DNA of 64,000 bases, from contig JBDRRP010000136.1 in the NCBI GenBank assembly GCA_043825735.1, positions 1-64,000 on the forward strand, read 5' to 3'. The position numbers and the translations under genes are program-made. This document shows, in pieces, positions 9,637 to 19,567 of this stretch (position 1 is its first letter; each line of letters opens with the position of its first letter). Origin of the DNA: Pseudomonadota bacterium (GTDB taxonomy: Bacteria > Desulfobacterota > Desulfobacteria > Desulfobacterales > JBDRRP01). Below the pieces are notes generated by a model. The model did no database searches and was not told the origin of the DNA. It saw only the letters and a list, made by a program, of their open reading frames with translations.

Positions 9637-10407
9637 ATGAAAATACTGGTGTGCATCAAACAGGTTCCGGAACCCGAGGCCCGCATCGAACCGGCCCCGG
9701 ACGGGCGCAGCGTTCAGGTGGCGGGCGAGGCCTGCCGGATGAACCGCTACGATGCGTGCGCCCTGGAATGCGCCGTACGGCTCAAGGCCGCCGCAACGGT
9801 GCCGGTGACCATCCACGCCGTCACCGTGGGCCCTGACGGCGCCGATGTGGTGCTGCGGCGGGCCATGGGCATGGGCGCCGATGCCGCCGCGCACCTGGTC
9901 TGCACCCGCGACCCGTTTTTGAGCCCGTATGTCGTTGCCGAGGCGCTGGCCCATTACGCCCGGAAGGCCGCGTACGATCTGATTCTCTGCGGCGTCGTCT
10001 CCGAGGACATGATGCAGGGGATCACCGGACCCATTCTGGCCGAGCACCTGGGACTGCCGGCGGCCTGTTCGGTAATGACGGTGCGTTTTTGGGACGACGG
10101 CGCCGGTGTTGATATTGAAAAAGAGGTGGAGGGCGGCGTCCAGGTGGCCATGGCGCTGCCGCTGCCGGCGCTGTTGAGCATCCAGAGCGGGGTCTACCAG
10201 CCGCGCTATCCCTCTCTTTCCCGTCTGCTCAAGGCAGCGGGCGCCGTAGTGGAAACCTTCCCCGTGCAATCGGAAGCGGCGCCCCGACAGCGCATCTCCC
10301 ATGTGGGCGCGCCTTCGGCCAAGGTCACCGCACGGTTTCTGGAAGGCTCCCTGGAGCAGAAAGCCCGGGCGTTACAACACCTGCTGGCCGGACAGGGGGT
10401 GCTATGA
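9637..10407 (+). CDS. etfB: Electron transfer flavoprotein beta subunit
   Basis: MKILVCIKQVP, MNRYDACALE, AMGMGAD, PRYPSL. Confidence 0.93.
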   Translation: MKILVCIKQVPEPEARIEPAPDGRSVQVAGEACRMNRYDACALECAVRLKAAATVPVTIHAVTVGPDGADVVLRRAMGMGADAAAHLVCTRDPFLSPYVVAEALAHYARKAAYDLILCGVVSEDMMQGITGPILAEHLGLPAACSVMTVRFWDDGAGVDIEKEVEGGVQVAMALPLPALLSIQSGVYQPRYPSLSRLLKAAGAVVETFPVQSEAAPRQRISHVGAPSAKVTARFLEGSLEQKARALQHLLAGQGVL

Positions 10408-11453
10408 GCGCTTTCCGGGGTGTCGTCGTGGTGGTTGAACACGACGGCGATCGCATCCTTTCACACCTGGAAACCCTTGCCGCGGCAGCCTGCCGGGTCG
10501 CCGACGGGAATGATCAAAAGGTCTGCGCCGTCCTGGTCGGACGGCGCGTGGCCCGGCTGGCCGCCGAAGTGGCCGCCGCTACCGGGTGGGATGTCACCGG
10601 AATCGAAAACGATGCCTTGATTCTTTTCAACACGGAGCAGCACAAAGCCGTTTTGGCGCAGTATTTCGCCTGCCGCACGCCGGAATGGCTGTTCATGGCG
10701 CACAGCGCTGCTGCACAGGAGTTGGCGCCGGCGCTGGCCATGCGTCTGGGGGGGGGGTGCGTTACCGGCGTTCAGGCGGCGGCCGCGGAGGATGGCCGCG
10801 TGGTGCTCAAAAGGCCGGTCTTTGGCGGCAAACTGGTGGCCACGGTGGTGCCCGAAGTGCGGCCGGTGGTGGTGACTCTCCTGCCGGGCGCCGGCGGCGA
10901 CGCGGTGCCGCCGCCGGCCGCGCCCGGCCGCGTTGAAGTGATCACCGCGGCATGCCCGCCGGTGGCTGCCAGGGTGATCGGGCGCCGCAGCGCCGAAACG
11001 ACCGGCGCGGCCATCACCGAGGCCCGCACCATCGTTGCCGCCGGAAACGGTATCGGCAGCCGGGAGCAACTGGACATGGTCAGCGCTCTAGCGCGGTGCT
11101 TTCCCCGCTCGGCCGTTGCCGGTTCGCGCCCGGTGTGCGACCGCGGCTGGCTGCCCCACAGCTTTCAGGTGGGACTGACGGGCACCACCGTCAGGCCGGA
11201 TCTCTATATCGCCTGCGGCATTTCCGGCGCGTTTCAGCACGTTGCCGGCATCCGGGAGGCCGGATTCATTGCAGCCATCAATCGCGACCCCCAGGCGGCC
11301 ATTTTTCAGGTGGCCGATGTGGGCATCGTGGCGGATCTGGCCGAGTTTCTGCCGGTGCTCATCGAGGTCCTGGGAGAAAACCGGAAAGAGGCGTTGAACC
11401 ACGAAGGACACGAAGAACACGAAGGCGAGAAGACCGAAAATGGTGACGAATGA
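10404..11453 (+). CDS. etfA: Electron transfer flavoprotein alpha subunit
   Basis: RPVFGGKL, SRPVCDRGW, QVGLTGTTVRPDLYIACGISGAFQH, AINRDPQAAIF. Confidence 0.93.
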   Translation: MSAFRGVVVVVEHDGDRILSHLETLAAAACRVADGNDQKVCAVLVGRRVARLAAEVAAATGWDVTGIENDALILFNTEQHKAVLAQYFACRTPEWLFMAHSAAAQELAPALAMRLGGGCVTGVQAAAAEDGRVVLKRPVFGGKLVATVVPEVRPVVVTLLPGAGGDAVPPPAAPGRVEVITAACPPVAARVIGRRSAETTGAAITEARTIVAAGNGIGSREQLDMVSALARCFPRSAVAGSRPVCDRGWLPHSFQVGLTGTTVRPDLYIACGISGAFQHVAGIREAGFIAAINRDPQAAIFQVADVGIVADLAEFLPVLIEVLGENRKEALNHEGHEEHEGEKTENGDE

Positions 11454-11460
11454 TCAATTT

Positions 11461-11550
11461 TGATGAAACCGTAAAAAGAGATTTTGAACCACAGAGTGCA
11501 CGGAGATCACGGAGGTTTTATCCTCTTCTGAAGACATCTTCGTGGTGAGC
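11461..11550. repeat. Nonamer-repeat miniature element
   Basis: TGATGAAACCGTAAAAAGAGATTTTGAACCACAGAGTGCACGGAGATCACGGAG, homologous to the 14068 copy. Confidence 0.75.
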
Positions 11551-11584
11551 ATTATCAAAGTAAATCGGAGACGAAAGGAATGCT

Positions 11585-12967
11585 GTGATGACAGATAAAA
11601 AGCACCGGGTCGCCATCGGGCGCTATGCGGCGCCGCGCGATTCGGTGAAAAAGGTTGTGGATCTGTGCGGCGGGCTGGAGCGGATGCCGAGAGGCGCCAA
11701 GGTCTTTATCAAGCCCAACATCGTCTTCTGGACGCGGGCGGTGGCCTTTCCCAAGTGGGGCGTGGTGACCACCTCCCGGGTCATTGCCGATGTGGTCGAG
11801 CTGCTCAAGGACCACGGAGCCGGGGCGATCACCATCGGCGAAGGCATTGTCACCGGCACTCCCAAGGACACCGCCACACCGGCACACGCCTTTGAGACCC
11901 TGGGCTACGGCGAGCTCAAAAAACGCTACGGTGTCGAAGCGGTCAACGTCATGGAGCGCCCCTTTGAAAAAGTCGATCTGGGCGACGGCATCCGGCTCAA
12001 TTTCAACACGGACCTGCTTTACAGCGATTTCGTGGTGGACGTGCCGGTGATGAAGGCCCACAACCAGACCGTGGTGAGTCTGGGCATCAAGAATCTGAAG
12101 GGCTGCATCGACATCGCTTCCAGAAAGCGCTGCCACAGCGCCAATCCGGAAAAAGATCTTCATTTCATGATATCCAGGTTGGCCGACCGGATGCCGCCCA
12201 TGCTGGTGGTCTACGACGGCATTTTCACCAACGAGCGGGGGCCGGGATTCGACGGTAAGCTCCAGCGCAGCAATATCCTTATGGCTGCCACCGACGCCCT
12301 GGCCGGTGACATGGTGGGCGCCCGGGTCCTGGGGTATGCGCCGGCGGACGTGCCCCACCTGGTGCATGCCGCGCGCCATCACGGACGCCCCCTGGATCTG
12401 TCCGACGTGACGGTGATGGGCGAGCCCATCGAGGCCGTAGCCCGCACTCACGAATTCGATTTCGCCTACAGCACGGCAGACGGCGAGACGATGCCGCTGC
12501 CTTTGTACAAACAGGGCATCCGGGGCCTGTCCTATCGAAAGTACGACACCTCCATGTGCACCTACTGCTCGGGGATGAACGGCATCGTGCTCTCAGCTAT
12601 CCGGTTTGCCTGGAAGGGAGAGCCCTTCGATGACGTGGAAGTGCTCACCGGCAAGATGATGGACCCGACACCGGGGAAGAAAAAGACCATCCTTCTGGGA
12701 AAATGCATGTCCCAGAAAAACCGGGAACACCCGGACATCCAGGAGGCCATCGCCGTGAAGGGGTGCCCGCCGAAGCCGGCGGACGTTTTAAAGGCGCTTC
12801 AGCGCGCCGGTATCGACGCCGATCCGGGGCTTTTCGAGCACATCGACCAGTTGCCGGGCCTGTTCATGTCCCGGTATCTGGATAACCCGCAGTTCGATGA
12901 AGGGTTTTTCCGGGTGGCGGCGGGGCAGGGGCCGGAAAAAGGGACGAAAAGGACCTCAGGGGCCTAA
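11585..12967 (+). CDS. DUF362 family Fe-S protein
   Basis: VFIKPN, PVMKAH..TVVSLGIKNLKG, D.LAGD; CTYC and GCPP in the C-terminal part. Confidence 0.85.
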   Translation: MMTDKKHRVAIGRYAAPRDSVKKVVDLCGGLERMPRGAKVFIKPNIVFWTRAVAFPKWGVVTTSRVIADVVELLKDHGAGAITIGEGIVTGTPKDTATPAHAFETLGYGELKKRYGVEAVNVMERPFEKVDLGDGIRLNFNTDLLYSDFVVDVPVMKAHNQTVVSLGIKNLKGCIDIASRKRCHSANPEKDLHFMISRLADRMPPMLVVYDGIFTNERGPGFDGKLQRSNILMAATDALAGDMVGARVLGYAPADVPHLVHAARHHGRPLDLSDVTVMGEPIEAVARTHEFDFAYSTADGETMPLPLYKQGIRGLSYRKYDTSMCTYCSGMNGIVLSAIRFAWKGEPFDDVEVLTGKMMDPTPGKKKTILLGKCMSQKNREHPDIQEAIAVKGCPPKPADVLKALQRAGIDADPGLFEHIDQLPGLFMSRYLDNPQFDEGFFRVAAGQGPEKGTKRTSGA

Positions 12968-12969
12968 AG

Positions 12970-14070
12970 ATGACCTCCGATATTCTCTACTATGCCGGAC
13001 CCAGGGCGCTGGCGCTGATCAGCGAGGGGGGGCTCAGCCCCGACATGGTGGATGTGGTGGCCGGGGCGGCCGGCGGCCCCAAGTGGCTGGTGCTAGGGCA
13101 CCTGGACCGGTTTCTTTTCTCCCGTTGGTTTCAGGGTCGGCAGCGGCCCCTGTTTTTGCTGGGGGCGTCCATCGGCGCCTGGCGGTTTGCCGCTGCGAGC
13201 CGGCGCGATCCTGCCGGCGCCCTGGATGCATTCGAAAAAGCCTATATCTACCAGTTTTATCGCCGGCGCCCGACCCCCGCGGAAGTCTCGCGCGAAAGCC
13301 GGCGGATTATGTCGGCCTATCTGGGCAATGATGGTATCTCAGAGATTCTTGATCACCCCTATCTGCGGCTTTCCTTTTTAACGGTCCGCTGCCGGCATGC
13401 CGGTGCGGCGGACAGCTCCCTGCTTCAAACCGCCGGGCTCGCCGGCGCGGTGGCCGCGAACCTTGCGGGGCGGCGGTGGCTGAAATACTTTTTCAGCCGG
13501 GTGCTGTTTCACCATCCGGCCGGCGTTCCCCCCTGCTGGCCCCTGAATGAATTCTCCCCCCGGCGCGTGCCCCTGGCCCCGGAAAACTTGAAAGACGCCC
13601 TGCTGGCCTCCGGGAGCATTCCCCTGGTCATGGCCGGCGTGCGGGGGATTGCCGGCGCGCCGGCGGGCACCTACCGTGACGGCGGGGCGATCGACTATCA
13701 TCTGGACATCCCCCATCGCCTCCCCGAGGATCGCATCGTACTGTTTCCCCACTACAGCGCCCGGATCATCCCCGGATGGCTGGACAAGCCGCTGCCCTGG
13801 CGGCGCCCCTCGCCCGCGACGCTGGAGAACATGCTCATGGTGGCGCCGTCGCCGTCGTTTATCGCAGGGCTGCCCCACGGGAAGATCGCCGACCGGAAGG
13901 ACTTCTACCGTTTTGCCGGCAACGACAACGGCCGGATCGACACCTGGCATGCGGTGTCGGCCGGCGGCCGCCGCCTGGCCGCAGCCTTTGCCGACGATGT
14001 CGACAGCGGGCGGATCCGTCAAATGGTGCGGCCGTTTCCGGGATTAAAAGCCAGTGAGACTGCAGACTGA
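12970..14070 (+). CDS. Patatin-like phospholipase family protein
   Basis: GAAGGPK, GASIG nucleophile motif, ASGSIP, DGG. Confidence 0.85.
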   Translation: MTSDILYYAGPRALALISEGGLSPDMVDVVAGAAGGPKWLVLGHLDRFLFSRWFQGRQRPLFLLGASIGAWRFAAASRRDPAGALDAFEKAYIYQFYRRRPTPAEVSRESRRIMSAYLGNDGISEILDHPYLRLSFLTVRCRHAGAADSSLLQTAGLAGAVAANLAGRRWLKYFFSRVLFHHPAGVPPCWPLNEFSPRRVPLAPENLKDALLASGSIPLVMAGVRGIAGAPAGTYRDGGAIDYHLDIPHRLPEDRIVLFPHYSARIIPGWLDKPLPWRRPSPATLENMLMVAPSPSFIAGLPHGKIADRKDFYRFAGNDNGRIDTWHAVSAGGRRLAAAFADDVDSGRIRQMVRPFPGLKASETAD

Positions 14071-14202
14071 TGGACATGTAAAAAGTGATTTTGAACCACA
14101 GAGAACGCAGAGGACCGCAGAGAATACGATGAAAAATAGAAAAGTAATTTCTGCGCGCGTTGCTCCCTCTATGGTGATTTCAGATTTTACGGGACTGTCA
14201 AG
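14068..14202. repeat. Nonamer-repeat miniature element with outer inverted termini
   Basis: TGATGGACATGTAAAAAGTGATTTTGAACCACAGAGAACGCAGAGGACCGCAGAG ... TGGTGATTTCAGATTTTACGGGACTGTCAAG; inverted homologue at 24286-24402. Confidence 0.8.
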
Positions 14203-14469
14203 GCTGAAGGGAAAACCCAAATCCATTTTTCGCGCAGAGGCGCAGAGACGCGGAGAACAGAAAGGGTGTGCCCTTCGGGCAGGTATTGGCTCTTAGGTGT
14301 TGGCTTAACAACTCATCAGCATATCAACTGTTTTTAGGCCTCAGGCCGCCATCTCATCCGCGTAACTTGTCCGCCGTCCTGTCCGCCGTAGCCTTGGCGA
14401 AAGGAGGATCTGCGTTCACCTGCGTCCCATTCGCTTTTCGCTCCGTCGGGCCAGCGTGCCCATCAGTGC

Positions 14470-14615
14470 GCGGCCAGACCTGGCGGATGCCTTTCACCAG
14501 GGCGCCGACGATGGGGGCGGTCTCCCGCCGGGCCAGGTAAACGAAGGACAAATCCATGGCCGCAACTGGGGTGTCCCAGACCGCCACCCGTCCCTCATTT
14601 TCGGCGTCCCGTGCT
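14470..14615 (-). pseudogene. Possible C-terminal remnant of a LysR-type regulator
   Basis: Frame reads AENEGRVAVWDTPVAAMDLSFVYLARRETAPIVGALVKGIRQVW, resembling a LysR substrate-domain end; no start or HTH. Confidence 0.3.
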
Positions 14616-14625
14616 TCCGGCTCAA

Positions 14626-15000
14626 TTATGGGGCAAGAGGGGTGGGGCCGGCGGGCGGGCAATGCGGGCCGCAGTCACGGCGGCTGTCGGCCTTTTGTCG
14701 TTCATGGCGGATAAAGTCGCGCACGTAGTGGGGCATGTGCCCTTCGGTGACGAAAACGTTGAAGTCTTCGTCGATGCGGCCCCCGGATACGTTCCATGTC
14801 TCGGCGGCGTCATGGAAGATCCGGTATTCGCTGGTCCCCTGCATCAGGGCCATGCGTCCGAGAAAGGCCTCGTCGGTATCGGGAGTGATGGCATGCTCCA
14901 GCGCGGCGATGTGGCGCAGCAGCTTCAGGAAAAACACCACCGCCAGGGCCAGGACGGCCACGTTCAATAAGTTCAGCAGGGATGTGAGCCACGGGTTCAT
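14626..15000 (-). CDS. Small membrane-anchored hypothetical protein
   Basis: N-terminal hydrophobic helix followed by SEYRIFHDAA..W....IDEDF......MPHYVRDFIR. Confidence 0.65.
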   Translation of the reverse strand: MNPWLTSLLNLLNVAVLALAVVFFLKLLRHIAALEHAITPDTDEAFLGRMALMQGTSEYRIFHDAAETWNVSGGRIDEDFNVFVTEGHMPHYVRDFIRHERQKADSRRDCGPHCPPAGPTPLAP

Positions 15001-15071
15001 GAACAAACAATAAGGCCGCTTGCGGATGGGTGCAAGAGTGGACGGCGCGCTGCACCGCGCAACACTGAATG

Positions 15072-15159
15072 TGAACCACGGAGTCACGGAGGGCACGGAG
15101 AAAATCAAAAATGGTTGTTTTTGTTTATAAAATCTCCGTGTCCTCCGTGACTGGTGATC
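15072..15159. repeat. Inverted nonamer-repeat miniature element
   Basis: Arms nearly identical to 9414-9503, with a different AT-rich core. Confidence 0.85.
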
Positions 15160-15228
15160 AAAAATATCACGGGTTATCAAGCGTGGGCATTCAACCTTGA
15201 ATGTCGTGCATTACCCGATTCGTTTTTT

Positions 15229-15945
15229 TTAAAGGTCTATTCCCATCGCGGCCAGTTCGGCCGCTACCACGGCTGCCCAGCCGCGGTTCGCCTTGGGGTT
15301 GGCCGGGCTGGGGTGCGTGATCCGTCCGATCCGAACGCCCATCCCGGTGAGCGCAGCGCCGGCCCGGGCCTCGGCAAAGGCGCCAACCCCGATGACATGG
15401 ACAGGGGCCATTATTTCGACGGTGCGCCGCAGGGCCGCATCGCAGGCGGCCAGCAGCGGCGCCTGCTCGGCGGCGGGCAGCTGGTTGGGGGTGCGGTTTT
15501 TGCCGCCGGCCTCCATGAATACCAGCGGGCAGTAGTTGACCACGAAAAACCGTGAAAAAAATGCCGCCGGCGTTTGCCAACGGTCCCGGGCCCAGCCCCA
15601 CAGCCGCTTGCCGCTCACTTCGCTGCGGGTGCACGCGAATCCTGAAATGGGGCGCTTGGGGTGCTCATCAGCCGGCCGCGACACCGGCGCGCGGATGCCC
15701 ATCCAGTCCCGGACAAATGAGACTTCACCGAAGGGGACTCCGGTCTGGGCCATTCCCCAGGGACCCGGGTTCATTCCCAGCAGCAGGATCTCCCGCGGCG
15801 GTGCGCCGTAGCGGGAAAGATAGTCATCATGGGGCGCCCGAGCGTAAATCAGGGGATTATACACACAGCTCACCGGAGGCGCGAAGGTGAGGGGCGCGAG
15901 GTCGGCCAGGAGCATTTCCAGAACCGGTGTCAGCGGGTGATTCAT
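15229..15945 (-). CDS. SMUG1-family uracil-DNA glycosylase
   Basis: GMNPGPWGMAQTGVPFG, RSEVSG, NYCPL, HPSPANP. Confidence 0.93.
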   Translation of the reverse strand: MNHPLTPVLEMLLADLAPLTFAPPVSCVYNPLIYARAPHDDYLSRYGAPPREILLLGMNPGPWGMAQTGVPFGEVSFVRDWMGIRAPVSRPADEHPKRPISGFACTRSEVSGKRLWGWARDRWQTPAAFFSRFFVVNYCPLVFMEAGGKNRTPNQLPAAEQAPLLAACDAALRRTVEIMAPVHVIGVGAFAEARAGAALTGMGVRIGRITHPSPANPKANRGWAAVVAAELAAMGIDL

Positions 15946-16814
15946 GGCGATTTCTCTTTTTCCGACGCGCTCATCACCGTCACCGGGCGGTGCCGGATGG
16001 GACAGGTGAACGTCAGTGCCACTGCGCTCAGGCGCAGGCCGTCAGAGTTTTTGTTGCCGGTGCCGTAACGGGGGTCTCCCATTACGGGGTACCCGGCGAG
16101 ATCCAGATGGCGGCGGATCTGGTGTTTGCGGCCGGTGTCGATGGTGATGTCCGCGGTGGAGACATTGTTGGCCGGATCGGTGGCGATCCATCGAACGATG
16201 GTTGTCGCCGGTTTGCCGTCCAGGGGCAGATCGATCTTAAGTTCGGCATTGGCATCGGCCGGGCAGCCCAGGACCTCGGCCCGGTAGCGCTTGATGATCC
16301 GGTGCTCCCGGAACAGGCGCGAGAGGGCGGCAGCCGCGACGGCTGTGTGTGCCACCAGGATGACGCCGGCCACTTCCCGGTCCAGGCGGTGCACCGGCAG
16401 CGCGCTGCGGCGCGGTGCGAAATGGATTTCCGCCTGCCGGAGCAGGCTGCAGTGGTCGCCGTAGTCGTTGCCCTGGGTGAGCAGCCCGGCCGGTTTGTAC
16501 CAGGCACTGTAGGCTGCGTGGTCCACGATGCACCGGGCCGGCGGCGGGGTCAGCGCCAGCAGCGCGGCGTCGTAGTAGAGCGCCACACGAGTGCCGGGCG
16601 CCAGCAGCGTAGTGGCCCGTCGCAGGCGCTGTCTTTTCCGTCCCCGCCACACCCAGGCCGCGCCCTTGCCCATGGCATCCTTCACCCGCGCCTTGGGCAG
16701 GCCGGCGGCGGCGGCCAGAACGTCCACCGCCTTCGGCGACGGGCCGGTCCCCACAACCGTGTCGACGATGCGGCGGGTCGGGGCGGCGTTCGGTTTCTGA
16801 GCGGCGGTCGGCAT
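15942..16814 (-). CDS. RluA-family pseudouridine synthase
   Basis: KPAGL, VHRLDRE, TGRKHQIRRH, GDPRYG. Confidence 0.92.
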   Translation of the reverse strand: MPTAAQKPNAAPTRRIVDTVVGTGPSPKAVDVLAAAAGLPKARVKDAMGKGAAWVWRGRKRQRLRRATTLLAPGTRVALYYDAALLALTPPPARCIVDHAAYSAWYKPAGLLTQGNDYGDHCSLLRQAEIHFAPRRSALPVHRLDREVAGVILVAHTAVAAAALSRLFREHRIIKRYRAEVLGCPADANAELKIDLPLDGKPATTIVRWIATDPANNVSTADITIDTGRKHQIRRHLDLAGYPVMGDPRYGTGNKNSDGLRLSAVALTFTCPIRHRPVTVMSASEKEKSP

Positions 16815-16893
16815 GATGCCGTCTGTCTATACCTGCCGGCGGGAAAAATGCAACCATTACGAGTGTTCACCGCAGCGCCCCGACAGCCTCGGT

Positions 16894-18465
16894 TCAGGAG
16901 GACATCACCGGCAGGCCCGCGTCGTTTCTGTTGAGCCCAAGTCGGCGCATGCGGGAGACGAAAGTGGAGCGGTTCACGCCGGCGGCCCGGGCAGCCCGAG
17001 TAATGTTGCCGGCGTTTTTTTCGAGAAGATAGTGAACGAAGGCGCTTTCAACCTCCGACCAGGTCATCTGCCCGAAGCCGCTCGCAGACCGGGGGTCGGT
17101 GGCCGGATCACCCCGCCTTCCCGCTGCGGCCGGTACGGGCGCCGGGACTCCGGTTTGGGTCGGCTCGTCGAAAAGAAACGGCAGATCACCGGGCACGATG
17201 GTATTTCCATCGGTGACCACGAGCAGATAGCGCACCAGGTTTTCCAGCTCGCGGATGTTTCCCACCCAGCTGTATTGGTTCAGTTTGAGCCGAGCTTCAG
17301 GGCTGATGTCTTTAATCGGCAGCCCCATCTTCAGCGCTTCGCGTTTCATGAAGTGGCGGAAAAGGAGCGAAATGTCCTCCCGGCGCTCCCTGAGCGGCGG
17401 CAGGTGCAGGGGCAGCACCGAGAGCCGGTAGAACAGATCCTGACGGAAATCCCCCCCGGCGACCGCCTCCTTGATGTTGCGGTTGGTGGCTGACACGATC
17501 CGGATGTCCACTTTTTTGACGCGGACCTGCCCGACAGGCTTGATTTCACCGTTTTGAATCACCCGGAGAATTTTTGCCTGCAGGTTCATTGGCATGTCCC
17601 CGATCTCGTCGAGGAAAACGGTGCCGCCGTCAGCGGCCTCGAAAAGCCCTGCCTTGTCTGCCACGGCCCCGGAAAACGATCCCTTGGTATGACCGAACAG
17701 CTCGCTTTCGAGAAGCGATTCCGGTATCGCACTGCAGTTTTGGACCACGAAAGGCTTTTCCCGCCGCTGGGACAGTTCGTGGATGCGGTTGGCCGCCAAC
17801 TCTTTGCCGGTGCCGCTTTCGCCGGTGATCAGGACCGGGTAGTCGGTAACGGCGTAGCTGCGGATGCGCTCCATGACCTTGAGGAACAGCGGGCTCTGCC
17901 CCAATATGATCCCCTCACTGCGGATCTGGTTGAGCGTCCGTTTGAGCAGTTCGGCCTCTTTGATCTGATCGTTGAAAAAAATGGCGTTACCCAGCGCGAT
18001 GGATCCGATATTGACCAGATCCTGCAACTGGCTGAGATACGCCTCATCCAGGTTGATGCGGTTCATGGAACGGGTGGTGTCGATGATCTGAACCGCGCCG
18101 TAAACCTTGCGATTGCGTAAAAACAGCGGAAAGCAGAGAATCAGGCTGCTTTTGACCGCCATGCCGGCTTCCATCTCCCGGTAGTGCCGGCTGTCCGTGC
18201 GGGGGTCGGACACGGTCATCGCGCCGTTTTCGATGACCCATCCGACGATGCTGGGGCGCCCGGCTGAGATGGATATCCCGCGGATCTTTTCACTCTCAAC
18301 ACCGACGGCCTCGATACACAGGTATGCGTCACCGCTCTTGATCCATATGGAGCCACGACTGACGTTCTGCAGTTCCAAAAGAGAGCTCAGAAACCGATGC
18401 TGAAGCACCTGGGGATCGATCTCCCCGGACAGAGACTCGAAAAGACTGACGGCAGATTTCAACAT
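16894..18465 (-). CDS. GAF-containing sigma-54-dependent Fis-family activator
   Basis: GESGTGKE, ESELFGHTKGSFSGA, FLDEIG, FRQDLFYRL, WVGNIREL, C-terminal HTH. Confidence 0.93.
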   Translation of the reverse strand: MLKSAVSLFESLSGEIDPQVLQHRFLSSLLELQNVSRGSIWIKSGDAYLCIEAVGVESEKIRGISISAGRPSIVGWVIENGAMTVSDPRTDSRHYREMEAGMAVKSSLILCFPLFLRNRKVYGAVQIIDTTRSMNRINLDEAYLSQLQDLVNIGSIALGNAIFFNDQIKEAELLKRTLNQIRSEGIILGQSPLFLKVMERIRSYAVTDYPVLITGESGTGKELAANRIHELSQRREKPFVVQNCSAIPESLLESELFGHTKGSFSGAVADKAGLFEAADGGTVFLDEIGDMPMNLQAKILRVIQNGEIKPVGQVRVKKVDIRIVSATNRNIKEAVAGGDFRQDLFYRLSVLPLHLPPLRERREDISLLFRHFMKREALKMGLPIKDISPEARLKLNQYSWVGNIRELENLVRYLLVVTDGNTIVPGDLPFLFDEPTQTGVPAPVPAAAGRRGDPATDPRSASGFGQMTWSEVESAFVHYLLEKNAGNITRAARAAGVNRSTFVSRMRRLGLNRNDAGLPVMSS

Positions 18466-18866
18466 AGAGATATCGATATTTCGCTATAAAATGACTTTAT
18501 TTAAACACTACTGTCTATATTTAGATAGCCTTGTTGCTGCCGATTGGCAATGATTTTTTTTAATGAACGGTTTCAGGATGTTATAAAATTTTTTCAGGTT
18601 GGCACAACTGTTGTATTAGAGAATATCGAACTCTTGATTCACCATTTAAACATTGTTCGCCCGATGACGCATCTGGATAATCAAGAGTTCGCTGGGATGG
18701 TGGCCGTGCCCGACGGCCACCTAACCCCGGCGATCTTTCCCGAAGACACCCATCCCCTGCACATTTCCAAGACCATCACGAGAACTGATCAGCCTATCCA
18801 ACACCAACGCCTACAAAGCGCCCCTGTTTTCGGCGCCGTGTCGTCTACAAAAGTACCTATTCATAT

Positions 18867-18882
18867 CGGCACGAGGATTGCA
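18867..18882 (+). promoter_or_regulatory. Candidate sigma-54 -24/-12 promoter
   Basis: CGGCACGAGGATTGCA fits GG-N10-GC; divergent from the activator gene. Confidence 0.55.
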
Positions 18883-19066
18883 TTTAGAATATTCGGGCAA
18901 TCGGGTGGCAAGACAATCATTACGCTGTTTCCCGTTTCACCGGCACGGCAGGCCATCGAATCAATGAAATAACGTTTCAAGAACGTGATCAAATGGCCGA
19001 TAGCAATGAGTGTATAGGGAACTGACGCCGATCGGGACCGGGCAGCGGATAAAGGATGACAAAATC

Positions 19067-19420
19067 ATGGCACAAGAAGCGACGGCATTGGCCGAACACA
19101 GCAGAAACCAGTCACCTGACTTGGAAAATTTTTCCTGCATCGAATTTCGCATCCATTCCATGGGGACCATTTATCTGTCGCGACTGTGGCAGACCCCGGA
19201 AGGCGAAACCTGCTTTCTAATCAAGGAAGGTTCCGCCGTGTTGGAGCATCTCAGTGTTGGCGACGACATCAACGCCCGGTTTCTCACCGGCGGATCCGGC
19301 GGCGCTCCGCGGCAGCTGAAGACCCACATCAACGGCATCCGACGCGAAACCGTCGGGCGATTCAAGGGCCATCACCTCATCGTTTTGTCGTTGAGGGACC
19401 AGCACACCACAACGCACTGA
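19067..19420 (+). CDS. Hypothetical protein
   Basis: Coding-like ORF (CFLIKEGSAVLEHLSVGD...GRFKGHHLI); start uncertain, 19010 possible. Confidence 0.6.
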   Translation: MAQEATALAEHSRNQSPDLENFSCIEFRIHSMGTIYLSRLWQTPEGETCFLIKEGSAVLEHLSVGDDINARFLTGGSGGAPRQLKTHINGIRRETVGRFKGHHLIVLSLRDQHTTTH

Positions 19421-19567
19421 TCGTCATCCCGGGCAGCACCGGCCGCCGCTCGGAGAACGCCGCCGAAACGCCGGGTGCGCGCGTTCCAAACCGAGACAAC
19501 GCCGACAAAAGATATGGCCGCGCTGACAGCCGATCGATCAATGGACCAGGGGTTAAAAAAATCAACG

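Noticed and set aside
9414..15159. Nonamer elements as mini-CRISPR arrays
   Set aside because: Arms are inverted rather than direct repeats and are unrelated to the CRISPR repeat
18544..18972. 142-aa ORF
   Set aside because: TTG start, atypical composition, overlaps promoter-like motifs
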